64,000 bases of DNA from Antedon mediterranea (lineage: Eukaryota > Animalia > Echinodermata): positions 2,790,001 through 2,854,000 of the forward strand of contig NC_092680.1 in assembly GCF_964355755.1 (NCBI RefSeq). The letters are read 5' to 3'. Shown one piece after another: positions 27,601 through 40,300 of the stretch (its first letter is position 1; every line of letters starts with the position of its first letter). The position numbers were made by a program, and so were the translations under genes. Below the pieces are notes generated by a model. The model saw only the letters and a program-made list of their open reading frames with translations. It did no database searches and was not told the DNA's origin.

Positions 27601-28937
27601 AGTATAGAAAGATCCTGTGGATGTAATTCTTTCTCCATCGGGAAGGAAACCAACACATTATAATAATGTTGGTCGAGTTTTATACTGCACAGTACATTTC
27701 CGCGTCTGAAACGGATATGATATAGGAAACTTTTAGTAGAAGAAATTTGAGATGTAAAATAAAAGAAAAGGGACTTTTTTTGTGTTCTTTCTTTGTTGTT
27801 GTTGTTGCTGTTCTATCAACTATTAGATTTCAAAAAGAAAAATGAAAATGATATTGGCATACAATAGTTATTAATCCCCCACTTCTTTTATGATTTGATA
27901 CATTGAATAATTGTGAATTGTTTGAATAAACATCGACCCACCTTGAAGCTACCTTTGTATGTTTCAGTAGGTATAGTAAAGTAACGTTCTGTACCCATTG
28001 TAAGGACCTTTTCAACTTCATCAACTCCATCCACTATTAATAACTGTTCTGTTTGCAAGTCCCGCATAATACCGCTTATTTTCAATGAATCGTCAAAGTC
28101 GACTACCTCCACACATATTGGATAATGTGTTTCACGTTTCACTATATCGTGTATATTTTTAGTTGTATTAAAGTGATCATCTGGTAGTACAATTTGCGTA
28201 ACTGTAAAATCAGTTTCGATTGGTATTCGGATGACTGTAGCGGTGTCGACTACGGGTCGGCAATTTATAACGTCAATTTTGGACAGAAATAGAGAATCGT
28301 TAAAATTATCAGGTAGACCTGGTATAAATTGACTTTCAGTAAATGATGTATTGGTAACCTGAAATACTTGAATTGGCATTCGCGGCAATAGTTCTCTTAA
28401 AGTGTAATGCTTTTTAGATACATCGAAATAACCGTTGGTTTCGATTCCAATGAGTATGTTCTTTGGCGACGTTGCTGTCGAATAATATGTACCAAGGACA
28501 TACACATTATCATGTCCTGTGAACGTTGTTGATTTAATAAAATCAACTCTGGTGCCTTTAGGAAGTGTAGTATGCCTACCTGAAACTTTGATATCTTCAT
28601 GGCAATACGCAGTGCATGGGAAATCACAGTCAGACACTATACTTTTGATAGTTTTTAACGTCTTATCTGTACCAACCACTGGACTGAATAATCCTTTAAA
28701 TTCCAAGGGGAGTGTAATCAGTCCCTTCTGACTGGATATACTGTATGTATCAGAAAATGTCACATTCACAACATGATCGATTGATTCTGCGCGAAATATT
28801 TCTCCTTTTGAGAAATCTCTTGATGATACGCCCAACACACTGCCGTAACAACCATCCTGTACCTCAAAGACTTGCGGAATTCTTACCGTCTGAATAAACT
28901 TTTTAAAGCTTACAGGTTTGACGCTCTTCACGCTCAT
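24645..28937 (-). CDS. THEMIS/GAREM-like tandem CABIT-domain adaptor with Pro-rich motif, Tyr motifs and C-terminal SAM-like domain (725 aa, 5 exons)
   Basis: Exons 28937-27942, 27372-26684, 26230-26159, 25644-25430, 24850-24645 (2178 nt; intron phases 0,2,2,1 all consistent). Two repeats of a CABIT-like pattern: LITLPLEFKGLFSPV..TLKTIKSI and YFTIPTETYKGSFKVVPKICQTADEM..LRVT..SIYIGDILV, resembling [41 protein letters not shown] as remembered. Then PPPIPPR and a helical C-terminal exon. Confidence 0.8.
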
Positions 28938-29983
28938 TCCGACTGTACTTCATCGTCACCAAAAAATACAAACGAAAACAGGAATATGCGTGTTATATTC
29001 ATAAATCAAACACGCCAACGAAACCGACTGTGTATATAGTCGATCTAATGTATTTATACTGAACTTTGAACACCGCAATTTTATTTCCGCAAAAACGTTG
29101 TAGTTCATGGAAGTGTTATTAATAGTCTTTTAAATCTCTTGTGAGCGGTGACGAAGCATAGAAACGTTGTTTGTTGTACCATTGTTAGTATAATTAAATA
29201 CAGTACTCTGTATTTCCTTTAAACTTTTATCGCTATAGAAATTCTGTACTTCAAAATGCCTATAATTAGCGACAACATCCCGGACACGTATCCGGATATT
29301 CACCCCCTGGACATTTACCCCCCGGAAAACTACCCCCCGGACAACCACCACCTGGACCACTACCCCCTTAGGACAACTACCCCTTTAGGACAACTACCCC
29401 CCGGACAAATACCCCCCGGACAACTACCCCCTTAGGACAACTACCCCCTTAGGACAACTACCCCCTGGACAACTACCCCCTGGACAATTACCCCCTAGGA
29501 ACAATTACCCCCCGGACAATTACCCCCCGAACAATTACCCCCCGGACAATTACCCCCCGGACAATTACCCCCCGGACAATTACCCCCTCCTCCCCGGGTA
29601 ATTACCCCGCGGACAACTACCTCTGACACAATACTCCCCGTAGGACAACTACTTCCTGGACAATACTCCGAGGGCAAATAATCTTTTAGGACAACTACCT
29701 CCGTAGGACAACTAACCCCTGGACAACATTTCATTTGTTTGTTTTCATTTTACAACCCGGATTATACAATATATTTATATACATGATAAAAAAAAACAAT
29801 AATAGCTCAGTACCACCAGTAACCCGTATCACTGTAATTCCTTTTTGGTTAATCGTATCAAATTAGAAATTATATTATCATAATCTTATTACCCCGCGGA
29901 CAACTGCCTCTGACACAATACTCCCCGTAGGACAACTACCTCCTGGACCTGGACAATACTCCGAGGGCAAATAATCTTTAGGA

Positions 29984-30288
29984 GTGGAGCTGTGGCTTGG
30001 TGGTTATGATGCTTGGCTACCAATCTAAGGGTCCTGGGTTCAAGTCCTGTCATATGTCAGGGTTTTTTTCTCATGACAATTTACAACTCCACTCCCAAAG
30101 ACTTAATAATAAGTCTTTGTCTATGTAGAGCATCTTGTGTATATGTTTGTCTTATATGTTCTAGTGCAGTATATGGAGAGCCATCTCTATAGTGCTTTGC
30201 ACTCATGGCAATCCTCAGGGTGCTGCACCGCTGTGTTGTCATGTATGTTTGCCTGAAAATTAAATAAAATAAAATAAAAAAAAATAAA
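29984..30288 (+). mobile_element. tRNA-derived SINE nested in the foldback element
   Basis: A box tggcttggtgg, B box gggttcaagtcc, (AAAAT)n tail; interrupts the host motif ttagga|caactacctccgtagg. A related head occurs at about 58558-58650. Confidence 0.65.
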
Positions 30289-31021
30289 AGACAACTACCT
30301 CCGTAGGACAACTAACCCCTGGACAACTACCACCCAGAAAACTATCCCTTTAGAACAACTACCCCCCGGACGGACAACTACCACCCAGGCCATTCAACAA
30401 CCTGACCTCTGCAACAGCGTATAATAGGAATTAATAACTATATTTTAATTCGTTACTTTGACGAATTACTATTCATTATTGTAAACAAAAGTAAAAGATT
30501 GAACATAAATATAGCCTGGTATAAACTGAAGATTGTCACATGATCATAGGATAGTCGAACGTATTATATAGTACTCCCTGTATTTACTGTAAAAACTGGG
30601 TTCGCTAATAATAATAATAATTTTTGCGTCAGGACAATGCTTCGATAACCACTGGTCTTAAAAGAATTAATTTTTGTCTCAAATTTGTCATTTGTATTTT
30701 TGTACACTTGAAGAATAATATCACTTTTGATATTTGACCTCAATGTTCACTCACCGAATAAACGGCGATCTTTAAATAAATTCCCCTCAAATAAACGGTG
30801 ACCATGTCACTCTCATGACACATCATATGGAATAATCGGCGTCTATTTCCATTAGATTATACCCCCTCCCATTGAATAAACAACTTTCTTCCAATAAATG
30901 TCCACCTAAAAACCACCTAAACAATAAACAGCCCAGGCCGTTTTTTTCAATAAATACGGTACTTTAAATCTAGCAAATCTAGGGCCTAGCGTGCTGTTAA
31001 ACAGAATAATCGGTTAAAAAC

Positions 31022-31399
31022 GGGTGTTTCGAAACTAGAGACCCGAGACCAGAGACCATGAGACCCGAGACCCAATACGAAAAGGGAGACCTAAATATAC
31101 GAAAAGGGAGACCCACGTACGAAAAGGGAGACCCCACTATACGAAAAGGAAGACCCCACTATACGAAAAGGGAGACCCTAATATACGAAAAGGGAGACCT
31201 AAATATACGAAAAGGGAGACCAAATATACGAAAAGGGAGACCCAAATATACGAAATGGGAGACCCAAATATACAAAAAAAGAGACCAGAACGAAAAGGGA
31301 GACCCTAATATACGAAAAGGGAGACCCAAATATAGGTCTCCCTTTTCGTATTGGGTCGTGTCAGGTCTCTGGTCTCGGGTCTCTAGTTTCGAAACACCC
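31022..31399. mobile_element. Nested MULE-like MITE with internal ~21-bp tandem repeat
   Basis: TIR gggtgtttcgaaactagagacccgagaccagagacc and its exact inverse; 9-bp TSD gttaaaaac (31013-31021, 31400-31408); internal atacgaaaagggagacc repeats. Confidence 0.85.
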
Positions 31400-32084
31400 G
31401 TTAAAAACAGATGATTTCATTTTTACAGAAACCGGTCCTATATATTTGTCTACTTTTAGATTGGGGGGGGGGGGGGGGGTAGTTGACCGGGGGGTAGTTG
31501 ACCGGGGGGTAGTTGTCCTAAGGGGGTAGTTGTCCTAAGGGGGTAGTTGTCCGGGGGGTAGTTGTCCGGGGGGTTGTTATCCTAAGGGGGTAGTTGTCCT
31601 AAGGGGGTAGTTGTCCGGGGGGTAATTGTCCGGGGGGTAGTTGTCCTAAGGGGGTAGTTGTCCGGGTGGTAAACATCCGGGGGGTAACTGTCTAGGGGGT
31701 AGGTGTCCTAGAACCCCCGGACACACTACTATAAACGAGCTTCGTAATAGAGGTAAATGTTGACAGAGGCACATTTCAATTATTACTTATGTCTGTCGGT
31801 TATTAAATACAAAAGTATATCACTCGAACTCCTCGCCTGCCTACAATAAACTGATAAGAGGCTATAGTTTGATTACAGTAATATTGATATCTTACTTATA
31901 GTGTAATTTGAAATATTTTTTATGTACTTAATCCAATTCCATTTTAATATAAGATGTTCTTTTTATGTGATCACTTTTTTATATGTCCAATATTTTGTAA
32001 AATTTTACACAATTTAGCCTTTGGCTACAATGTAAATTTTCGTTTTATTGAATAAAACCTTGAACTGAACTGAATTTCTGCGTA

Positions 32085-33499
32085 TCTATATTATAAGTGA
32101 GAGAGTTTGTCTGTTTGTCTGTCTGTTTGTTTGTTTGTTCGTTATACAAAATTGTGTTACTTACACATGGGGTATCAAAATGACCGCAATTGTACCGGGA
32201 ATGTTCTAAGCTATATTTCAACATCATCCGCCATGTTTGTTCGTTATAAAAATTTTTGTTTCTGCACGTAACCATACGTATGGGGTATCAAAATGATGGC
32301 AATTGTACCCGGAAGGTTTTAAACTACATTTAAAAAAATTCCCCCGACTCCTGGGGTTTTTGTGAGAGGGGTGGGGGGGGGGGGAGGGGAGGGGGTGGTG
32401 TGGTGGTTTGTGATGTCATTTTTTGCTAGGGCTTGGGGTTGTAGGCTATCGAATTGTAAAATTATACTACACAAGTTTTACAGTATTTCAATTATCCTCA
32501 GCAAGGCGTTTGGGGAAATATAGATATAGATATACATATTTTATTCATTAACCAATATGAGACCTATTCAATTACACATTTAGCAAAGTACTTTAACCAT
32601 ATCCAGCTATGTATCGGTCTCTTGGATTGTCTCATTACAGACATCCATACCTGTGTGAACATACACATGTTGTTTACTGTTACTGTGTTCAACCATGGAG
32701 ATACCTCCATGGTTCAACTACATCACCAATCCTCCAAGGAAAAAACGTCAATTGTTGGAGAGTGGGGTTAAGAGATAGGGTTTGGGAGTTTGCTTACACC
32801 AGAATTGTGGTTGGAAAATGTTAAAGTATGTAATCATTCCTGGGAAGCGGATGGGAGTTTGGGGTGGGGATGTAGGCCTATCACCATGACCGAAAATGTA
32901 TTTGGAATGTTTTAAACTACATTTGAAAACTGCCGCTGAGGGATTATGGGTTGGGAGTGATAATAACATAATTTGTACTGGAACCGGCTTCAACACATCA
33001 CCCAGTGTATCTGGGGTGTGTTTGTAGGGGGAGGAGGAGCGAAAATACTAGCGTAATGAAGTAGCCTATATGATTGGATTGTACTAGGAAAAGTTACTAA
33101 ATTTGAACTGTCCACCCAGGGGAGGAGTTAAGGTTTGTTGATGGTGGCTGGGGTCGTGAAAGGAGAAAGAAGGCTGGGGGACCGCAGTATCTAAATTACA
33201 TATTTTAATTATCAGCCAATACGACACCTAGGCCTATTCATTTACACAATTTACAACGTACTTTCAACCATTATTAGACCCATCGTAGCTATGCATACTC
33301 CTCGCAATTCGAAGCTTAGGTTGAATTTAATTTGTCCATCACTGGGAAGAATTTGTTTTTAAGAAAGAGTATGGGGTATTATTGAAGAGGGGTGGAGGTT
33401 GGTGAGTATAGACAGATACTGGCGTCGGGTGTTATGTACTGAGAAGGCTGTACTGTAAACTAATGTTGAAACTCGCCCTTGGGCGGGTATAATTGCTAG
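32085..33499 (+). mobile_element. Non-autonomous Helitron
   Basis: A|TC 5' end (tctatattataagtgagagagtttgtctg with (GTTT/GTCT)n); 3' hairpin actcgccc-tt-gggcgggt followed by CTAG|T. Confidence 0.75.
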
Positions 33500-33995
33500 T
33501 ATATTTATAAATTGCATATGCGCAGTTTCACCGGGTAAGTTTACCACTACCCACCATAACCCCTTAAATTCATTATTGGAAGTAGGCTTATTTCTTTTTC
33601 CGTAGACAAATTAACACGCTATTTAATTAACTATGAATAGCCATTTTAGCATTTTTATTTATAAATATACCACGTGCAGTTATAAAACTCTGCTAAATGA
33701 CTTTTCATTAGTAGCCTATACTAGGCCTAAGGCTGACCCGTTTAATTTTAAATTTGTCCGCCAGAAAAGAAATATTAAAAAATGTTGTTGTTGAATATTC
33801 TATAAATATAATAGTTACTGTATTCACTTTGACAAAAACAAAAAACTGTAATTTAAACATGGACCTTTTGAGGTCCAAGATTTAAAGTAAAAGACACTAC
33901 TGAACAGAGAATCATTTCGCGCACCTGGATTTATGACGTCATGGTCATGGGACTGAAGTTGTTCATCCACCCATATCATTTTATACAAAAACATC

Positions 33996-35577
33996 ATGGC
34001 AGGGTCAAAAAGTAATGCAACATTTCAAGCAATTAAACAAATTACTCAACACGTGGCAAATACTAAACGATATGACAGGGTTTTAAGGAATGTGAGTTAG
34101 TTAAACTATCACTAGGTCAATATTAAGCTCATTATGGTTATTCATTTTTAGATTCCCACGTCATACTAGCTAGGCCCCAATGTTCTATATGTTGGATGTT
34201 TACATATATATAGAGGGTGAAGCGCAGCGAACATTGAGAAAGAATCGTTTATATGGCTTCGGTCGCGGGGTAAGGCTTAGCAGGCTTACTTAGCTCATAA
34301 TATTATACGACTTTGTATGTATGATGTCAATGAAAACATTGATAGATACAATCATTTAATTTTATTATTAATTAATTAGTTATTAATATAATATTAAATA
34401 TTTATTTATTTTCTATTTCTAATTATAACCCGGAAGTAGTGCCTAGTAGACCTACTAGCTAGGGCCAGGCCTAGCATATACGTTGTATACCCTTACTGAG
34501 AGTTTATATAAAGCATTAGCATTATATATGTTGATTTTGTCTAAACACATTTCAACACCATTTGTATAATACAGATACAGGTGGTGTCCGCTAAACCTGG
34601 TCATTGTGTGTGCAGGTTAAAGGTCGATGAAGAACATCTAAATATGTATGGAACAATGCATGGTGGATATATATCAACATTGATAGATTCAGTAACAACG
34701 TTTGCTTTATTATCCACTGAAGCTGGCACTGCTGGTGTGTCAGTCAATCTCAATGTAAGGTAAGTAGGCCTTAGAACATAGTTCATTGTGAGGGCCGGCA
34801 TGTGTATTCTTTTAGGTGTAATATGGTAACATACCCCAAGATATGGAAAAATACAACACAATTACAAAAAAAAAGGGGAGGGGGGGGGGCGGGTGACCAC
34901 ATAGGGTCTTTAAATAAATTAACAAATATATACTCCAGTCTTGTCGTTTATGTAAAATAATTATAATACGTCTCAACATTTTTAAACGTGCTTGTAGAAA
35001 TAATTTGCCGTATTTATGAACCCGGTAAACAAATTGAAATCATTCAACTTGCTCTAAAAGCCACAGCTTCGTTGCGAAGCCCCAGGTACGTTTATAAATG
35101 TTGAAACGGATTATAAGCATTATGAAATTGGTCTCAATTATATAACTCCGCATCCACCAAAATCAAATCCTGCATACAGCCCTGACAAATTGTTTAAAAA
35201 TGCTTGGTAATATGTAGATCATGTCAATCAATGAATTCTATTTACGAATATAAATGTGTTGTAATACAATATTTTTAATATACATGCATGTGGCGGAAGT
35301 TTATTTTGAGGAAATAAATAAACACAGGGCGTTTATTTGAAGGAGATGTTGATTCAAAGAGGATGTTTATTTGAATATAAATCTGGTACTAAATGATTTC
35401 CTTATTTGCTTGACTTGTAGTTTTCATAAAGCTGCCAAGCCAGGGGATGAGGTTACAATAGATGGCAAAGTTATGAAACAAGGAAGAACATTGGCTTTCA
35501 CGGAAGCTCAACTTACAAACAGTGATGGCGTTGTCCTGGCAACGGGACAACATGTCAAACATGTAGGCTCATCATAG
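33996..35577 (+). CDS. ACOT13: Acyl-CoA thioesterase 13 (THEM2, hotdog fold), 145 aa, 3 exons
   Basis: Exons 33996-34091, 34575-34759, 35421-35577. Motifs EEHLNMYGTMHGG..STLID, GVSVNLNVSF..AAKPG, KQGRTLAFT, ATGQHVKHVG. Confidence 0.93.
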
Positions 35578-35800
35578 TATAGTTTATTTATGCAGAAAAA
35601 AAGTATATACTGAATATATATAATTATCTATATATAAATTATGGTTAATTCTGACATAGGCGAGCACAATGCAAAAACTTTGGTACAAATCTCCGCCTTG
35701 GATACCTACCTTATCTATCTGAGATGTACCGCGAAACGTAGATTTGATAACATTAGTGTTCACAGCGACGCTATTGTTCTATATTTCTATCTTAGGAAGA

Positions 35801-36110
35801 TATTATTATACAAATAATGAATGTTTATGAGTGCAATGGTACAAATAATGGCACGAGGTGAATGATGAAATGTTATATCAACGAGGCAAAGCCGAGTTGA
35901 TATAACCTTTCATCATTCACCAAGTGCCATTATTTGTACCATTACACGAATACAAAACATTCATTATTTGTTTTATATAACATCTAAATAACAAACAAAA
36001 ATGTTTCAAAAAGTACTATTTAACGATCGTTGAATAGTGCGTACTATTGCACGCCATGTGACCCACATTCGTCCAATCAAATGACAGGAATTTATATAGG
36101 TGTTATATAA
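35801..36110. mobile_element. Long-hairpin non-autonomous element centred on CGAGGCAAAGCCGAG
   Basis: About 80-bp inverted arms around 35885-35897, then a gtccaatcaaatgacaggaattt tail; an internally deleted copy lies at about 57296-57420. Confidence 0.65.
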
Positions 36111-37399
36111 AAAGAGTTTTTTAACACAATTTATGATTTCAACATTAGATTTTCATCTCAATTTCAATTCTTCCCAGTCAAAGTAATTTCCGGGTTTAAG
36201 ATAAGTTCACCTTAGTTTCAAATATTTTCTCTCTTTTATACACAAGGGAGCAGTTAAAATAATAGATTTGACCCTAAAGGTGACTGGAAACAGGCACTTT
36301 CCATCAATCAATACAGTGTCCCTTTGGAAGACGAAAAAAAAATTGGCCATTAATCATAGCCATTTCAGTTTTTTGTTTATTTTAAAACATACCACATATG
36401 TGTGAAGGTACAGTAGTTAAATAATAGGAATTATACTGCAAATTAATAAAGATCAAATTAAATATACGCCATAAAGAATCAGAATATATTGTGGGGAATA
36501 GTATTATAAAATTACATAGGGAGATTTGATTTCGAGTGAAATCCCGATAGCTGAGTTTTATTGAGTAAGCTTGCAGGAATAACTGTAGGCTATCTTCCTG
36601 TGTCCCGTTAGGACCGAGATGTCTGCCCATGTTGCAAGCCGTAATGTCTTCTTTCTTGGGCCCACTCTGTCACGGCAGTTAGTTTCAAAAGATGATTAAA
36701 TTAAATAATGTATTAATAATTATTAGGATGGTATTCATTTGAATAAACGCCTCTTCAATAAAACATCACTTTGAATAATTACCCCCCCCCCCCCAACCCA
36801 ACTATCTAATAAACGTCCATCCACATAATAATAACACAATTATACTATTTGTAGTAGAATTCACCGCACTGTTATCTGCAATTTACCAAGCATTTGTTAT
36901 TCTTTTTTACCACTTTTCATATCTATGAGAGGATTTCATTTGATTATAAATGTTACCATATTATTAGAACTAAAAAATTTAACATATATCCCTCGAATAA
37001 GCACCTCTCTCAAATGACCTCCGCCTCCCCAAAGGGCCCTACCAAACAATAAAAACTATACTTTAAAATGTTATTAATCATCTAAAACACTGTGAAACAA
37101 AGTAGTTTAGTTTTACGAATGTCAAGCATTTTCAATAATGGTAACCGGTAAAAAATGTATAAGGAGAACATTATCATTCCGAGAACCATCGTCTACACTT
37201 CCTAGAGGGGGAGCGAGCGAAGTAAGTAGAATTTAAAATAAAATCAATTTAAATTGGAAAACTCTCCTTTTTAAAATTGCATAGATATGGTCTTCTATCG
37301 TACTCCTGTATATCCAGTATTGTCTTTAATACATGAGTGCTAGGAATATGCCAAATTTTTTCTTCTAGCATCAAGCATCAGTCACTATACTGTAGTAGT

Positions 37400-40300
37400 A
37401 CAGGAATTGACAACCTTTCCATTTTTCTACATAATTTATTACTACTGTATATCATAATTGACATGTGCAGAACATGTTATTCGACTCTGCGCATGTTAAT
37501 TATGATAGAGTAAGCAGTTATGTCAAAAAATAAAAGGGTAGAAATTTGGGGATTTTTCGAAAAATCCCCAAAATATCCACTTTTTAATAATAATTATGTG
37601 ATAATATTTCCATACATGCGCATATATTTTGTTATCATCATCTTATAGAGCCATAGTAACTAGTTTTGTCGAAAAATAAAAGGGTCGAAATTTGGGCATT
37701 TTTCGAAAATTTCCCTGTACTATTAGTACAGGGATTTTTTTTGAAAATGCCCAAAATATCCACTTTTTATAATTCAATAATTACCCGATAATATTGCCAT
37801 ATATGGGCATATATTGTGTTATCATCATCTTATAGAGCCATAGTAACTAGTTTTGTCGAAAAATAAATGGATCGAAATTTGGTCATTTTTCGAAAATTTC
37901 CTAAAATATCCTCTTTATATCCTCTTTTTATCCTCTTTTAAAAAAAATTCAATAATTATGCGATAATATTGCCATATATGCGCATATATAGTGTTATCAT
38001 CATCTTATAGAGCCATAGTAACTAGTTTTGTCGAAAAAAAATTGGTCGAAATTTGGGAATTTTTCGAAAATTTCCCTGTACTATAGTTCAGGGATTTTTT
38101 TCGAAAATGCCCAAAATATCCACTTTTTAAAATTCAATAATTATTCGATAATATTGCCCTATATGCGCATATATTGTGTTATCATAATCTTATAGAGCCA
38201 TAGTAACTAGTTTTGTCGAAAAAAAATGGGTCGAAATTTGGGAATTTTTCGAAAATTTCCCTGTACTATATAGTTCAGGGATTTTTTTCGAAAATGCCCA
38301 AAATATCCACTTTTTAAAATTCAATAAATATGCGATAATATTGCTATAGATACGCATATATTGTGTTTTATCATCTTATACAGTCATAGAAACTAGTTTT
38401 GTCGAAAAATAAAAGGTTCGAAATGCGCACGTCAATTGTGCTATAGTAACCAGTTTTATCGAAGAATAAAAAGGTCGAAAATTTGCCATTTTTTGAAAAA
38501 AATCCCTGACTATAGTACAGGGAAATTGTCGAAAAATGGCCGATTTTCGACCCTTTTATTTTTTTACATAAATGGTTATTATTGCATAATAAACATGCGC
38601 AGAGACAAATAATGGGTTCTGCGCATGTCAATTGTGCTATAGTAACCAGTTTTATCGAAAAATAAAAAGGTAGAAAATAAGCCATTTTTTTGAAAAAATC
38701 CCTATACTATAATACAGGGAAATTTACAAAAAATGGCCGATTTTCGACCCTTTAATTTTTTGACATAAATGGTTATTATTGCATAATAAACATGCGCAGA
38801 GACGAATAATGGGTTCTGCGCATGTCAATTGTGCTATGGTAACCAGTTTTGACATAAATGGTTACTATAGTATAATAAACATGCGCAGAGGCGAATAATG
38901 GGTTCTGCGCATGTCAATTTTGCTATAGTAACCAGTTTTATCGAAAAATAAAATGGTAGAAAATTAGCCATTTTTTGAAAAAATCCCTGTACTATATAGT
39001 AGTACAGGGAAATTTGCGAAAAATGGCGGATTTTCGACCCTTTTATTTGTTGACATAAATGGTTACTATTGCATAATAAACATGCGTAGAGACGAATAAC
39101 GGGTTCTGCGCATGTCAATTGTGCTATAGTAACCAGTTTTATCGAAAAATAAAAAGGTAGAAAATAAGCCATTTTTTTGAAAAAATCCCTGTACGAAAAA
39201 TACAGGAAAATTTACAAAAAATGGCCGATTTTCGACCCTTTTATTTTTTGACATAAATGGTTATTATTGCATAATAAACATGCGCAGAGACGAATAATGG
39301 GTTTTGCGCATGTCAATTGTGCTATAGTAACCAGTTTTATCGAAAAATAAAAAGGTAGAAAATTAGCCATTTTTTGAAAAAAATCCATGTACTATAGTAC
39401 AGGGATTTTTTTCAAAAAATGCCCAAAATATCCACTTTTTAAAATTCAATAAATATGCGATAATATTGCCATATATACGCATATATTGTGTTTTATCATC
39501 TTATACAGTCATAGCAACTAGTTTTGTCGAAAAATAAAAGGGTCCAAATGCGCACGTCAATTGTGCTATAGTAACCAGTTTTATCGAAGAATAAAAAGGT
39601 CGAAAATTTGCCATTTTTTGAAAAAAATCCCTGACTATAGTACAGGGAAATTTCCGAAAAATGATTGATTTTCAACCCTTTTATTTTTTGACATAAATGG
39701 TTACTATTGCATAATAAACATGCGCAGAGGCGAATAATGGGTTCTGTGCATGTCAATTGTGCTATAGTAACCACTTTTGACATAAATGGTTACTATTGCA
39801 TAATAAACATGCTCAAAGGCGAATAATGGGTTCTGCGCATGTCAATTTTGCTATAGTAACCACTTTTATCGAAAAATAAAAAGGTAGAAAATTAGCCATT
39901 TTTTGGAAAAAATCCCTGTACTATAGTACAGCGAAATTTGCGAAAAATGGCGGATTTTCGACCCTTTTATTTGTTGACATAAATGGTTACTATTGCATAA
40001 TAAACATGCGCAGAGACGAATAATGGGTTCTGCGCATGTCAATTGTGCTATAGTAACCACTTTTGACATAAATGGTTACTATAGTATAATAAACATGCGC
40101 AGAGGCGAATAATGGGTTCTGCGCATGTCAATTTTGCTATAGTAACCAGTTTTATCGAAAAATAAAAAAGGTAGAAAATTAGCCATTTTTAAAAAAAAAT
40201 CCCTGTACTATAGTACAGGGAAAATTGGGAAAATTATCGATTTTCAACCCTTTTATTTTTTGACATAAATGGTTACTATTGCATATAATAAACATGCGCA

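Larger units (their letters stand above)
29288..31715. mobile_element. Mutator/foldback-like non-autonomous element with subterminal GGACAACTACCCCC arrays
   Basis: 9-bp TSD cccggacac (29279-29287 and 31716-31724); arrays of ~16-bp ggacaactaccccc on the left and gggggtagttgtcc on the right, in inverted orientation. Confidence 0.8.

Noticed and set aside
28940-29110. IRF/ETS-like words upstream of the CABIT gene
   Set aside because: Partial short matches expected by chance; the TSS is unknown.
29984-30060. tRNA gene
   Set aside because: A and B boxes are present but there is no proper acceptor stem, and it continues into a SINE body with an A-rich tail.
31058-31414. 118-aa basic repetitive ORF
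   Set aside because: Translation of the internal tandem repeat of a MITE.
34571-34581. Tandem acceptors ACAG-ATACAG in ACOT13
   Set aside because: Only a 2-aa difference; homology favours the upstream AG and there is no evidence of regulation.
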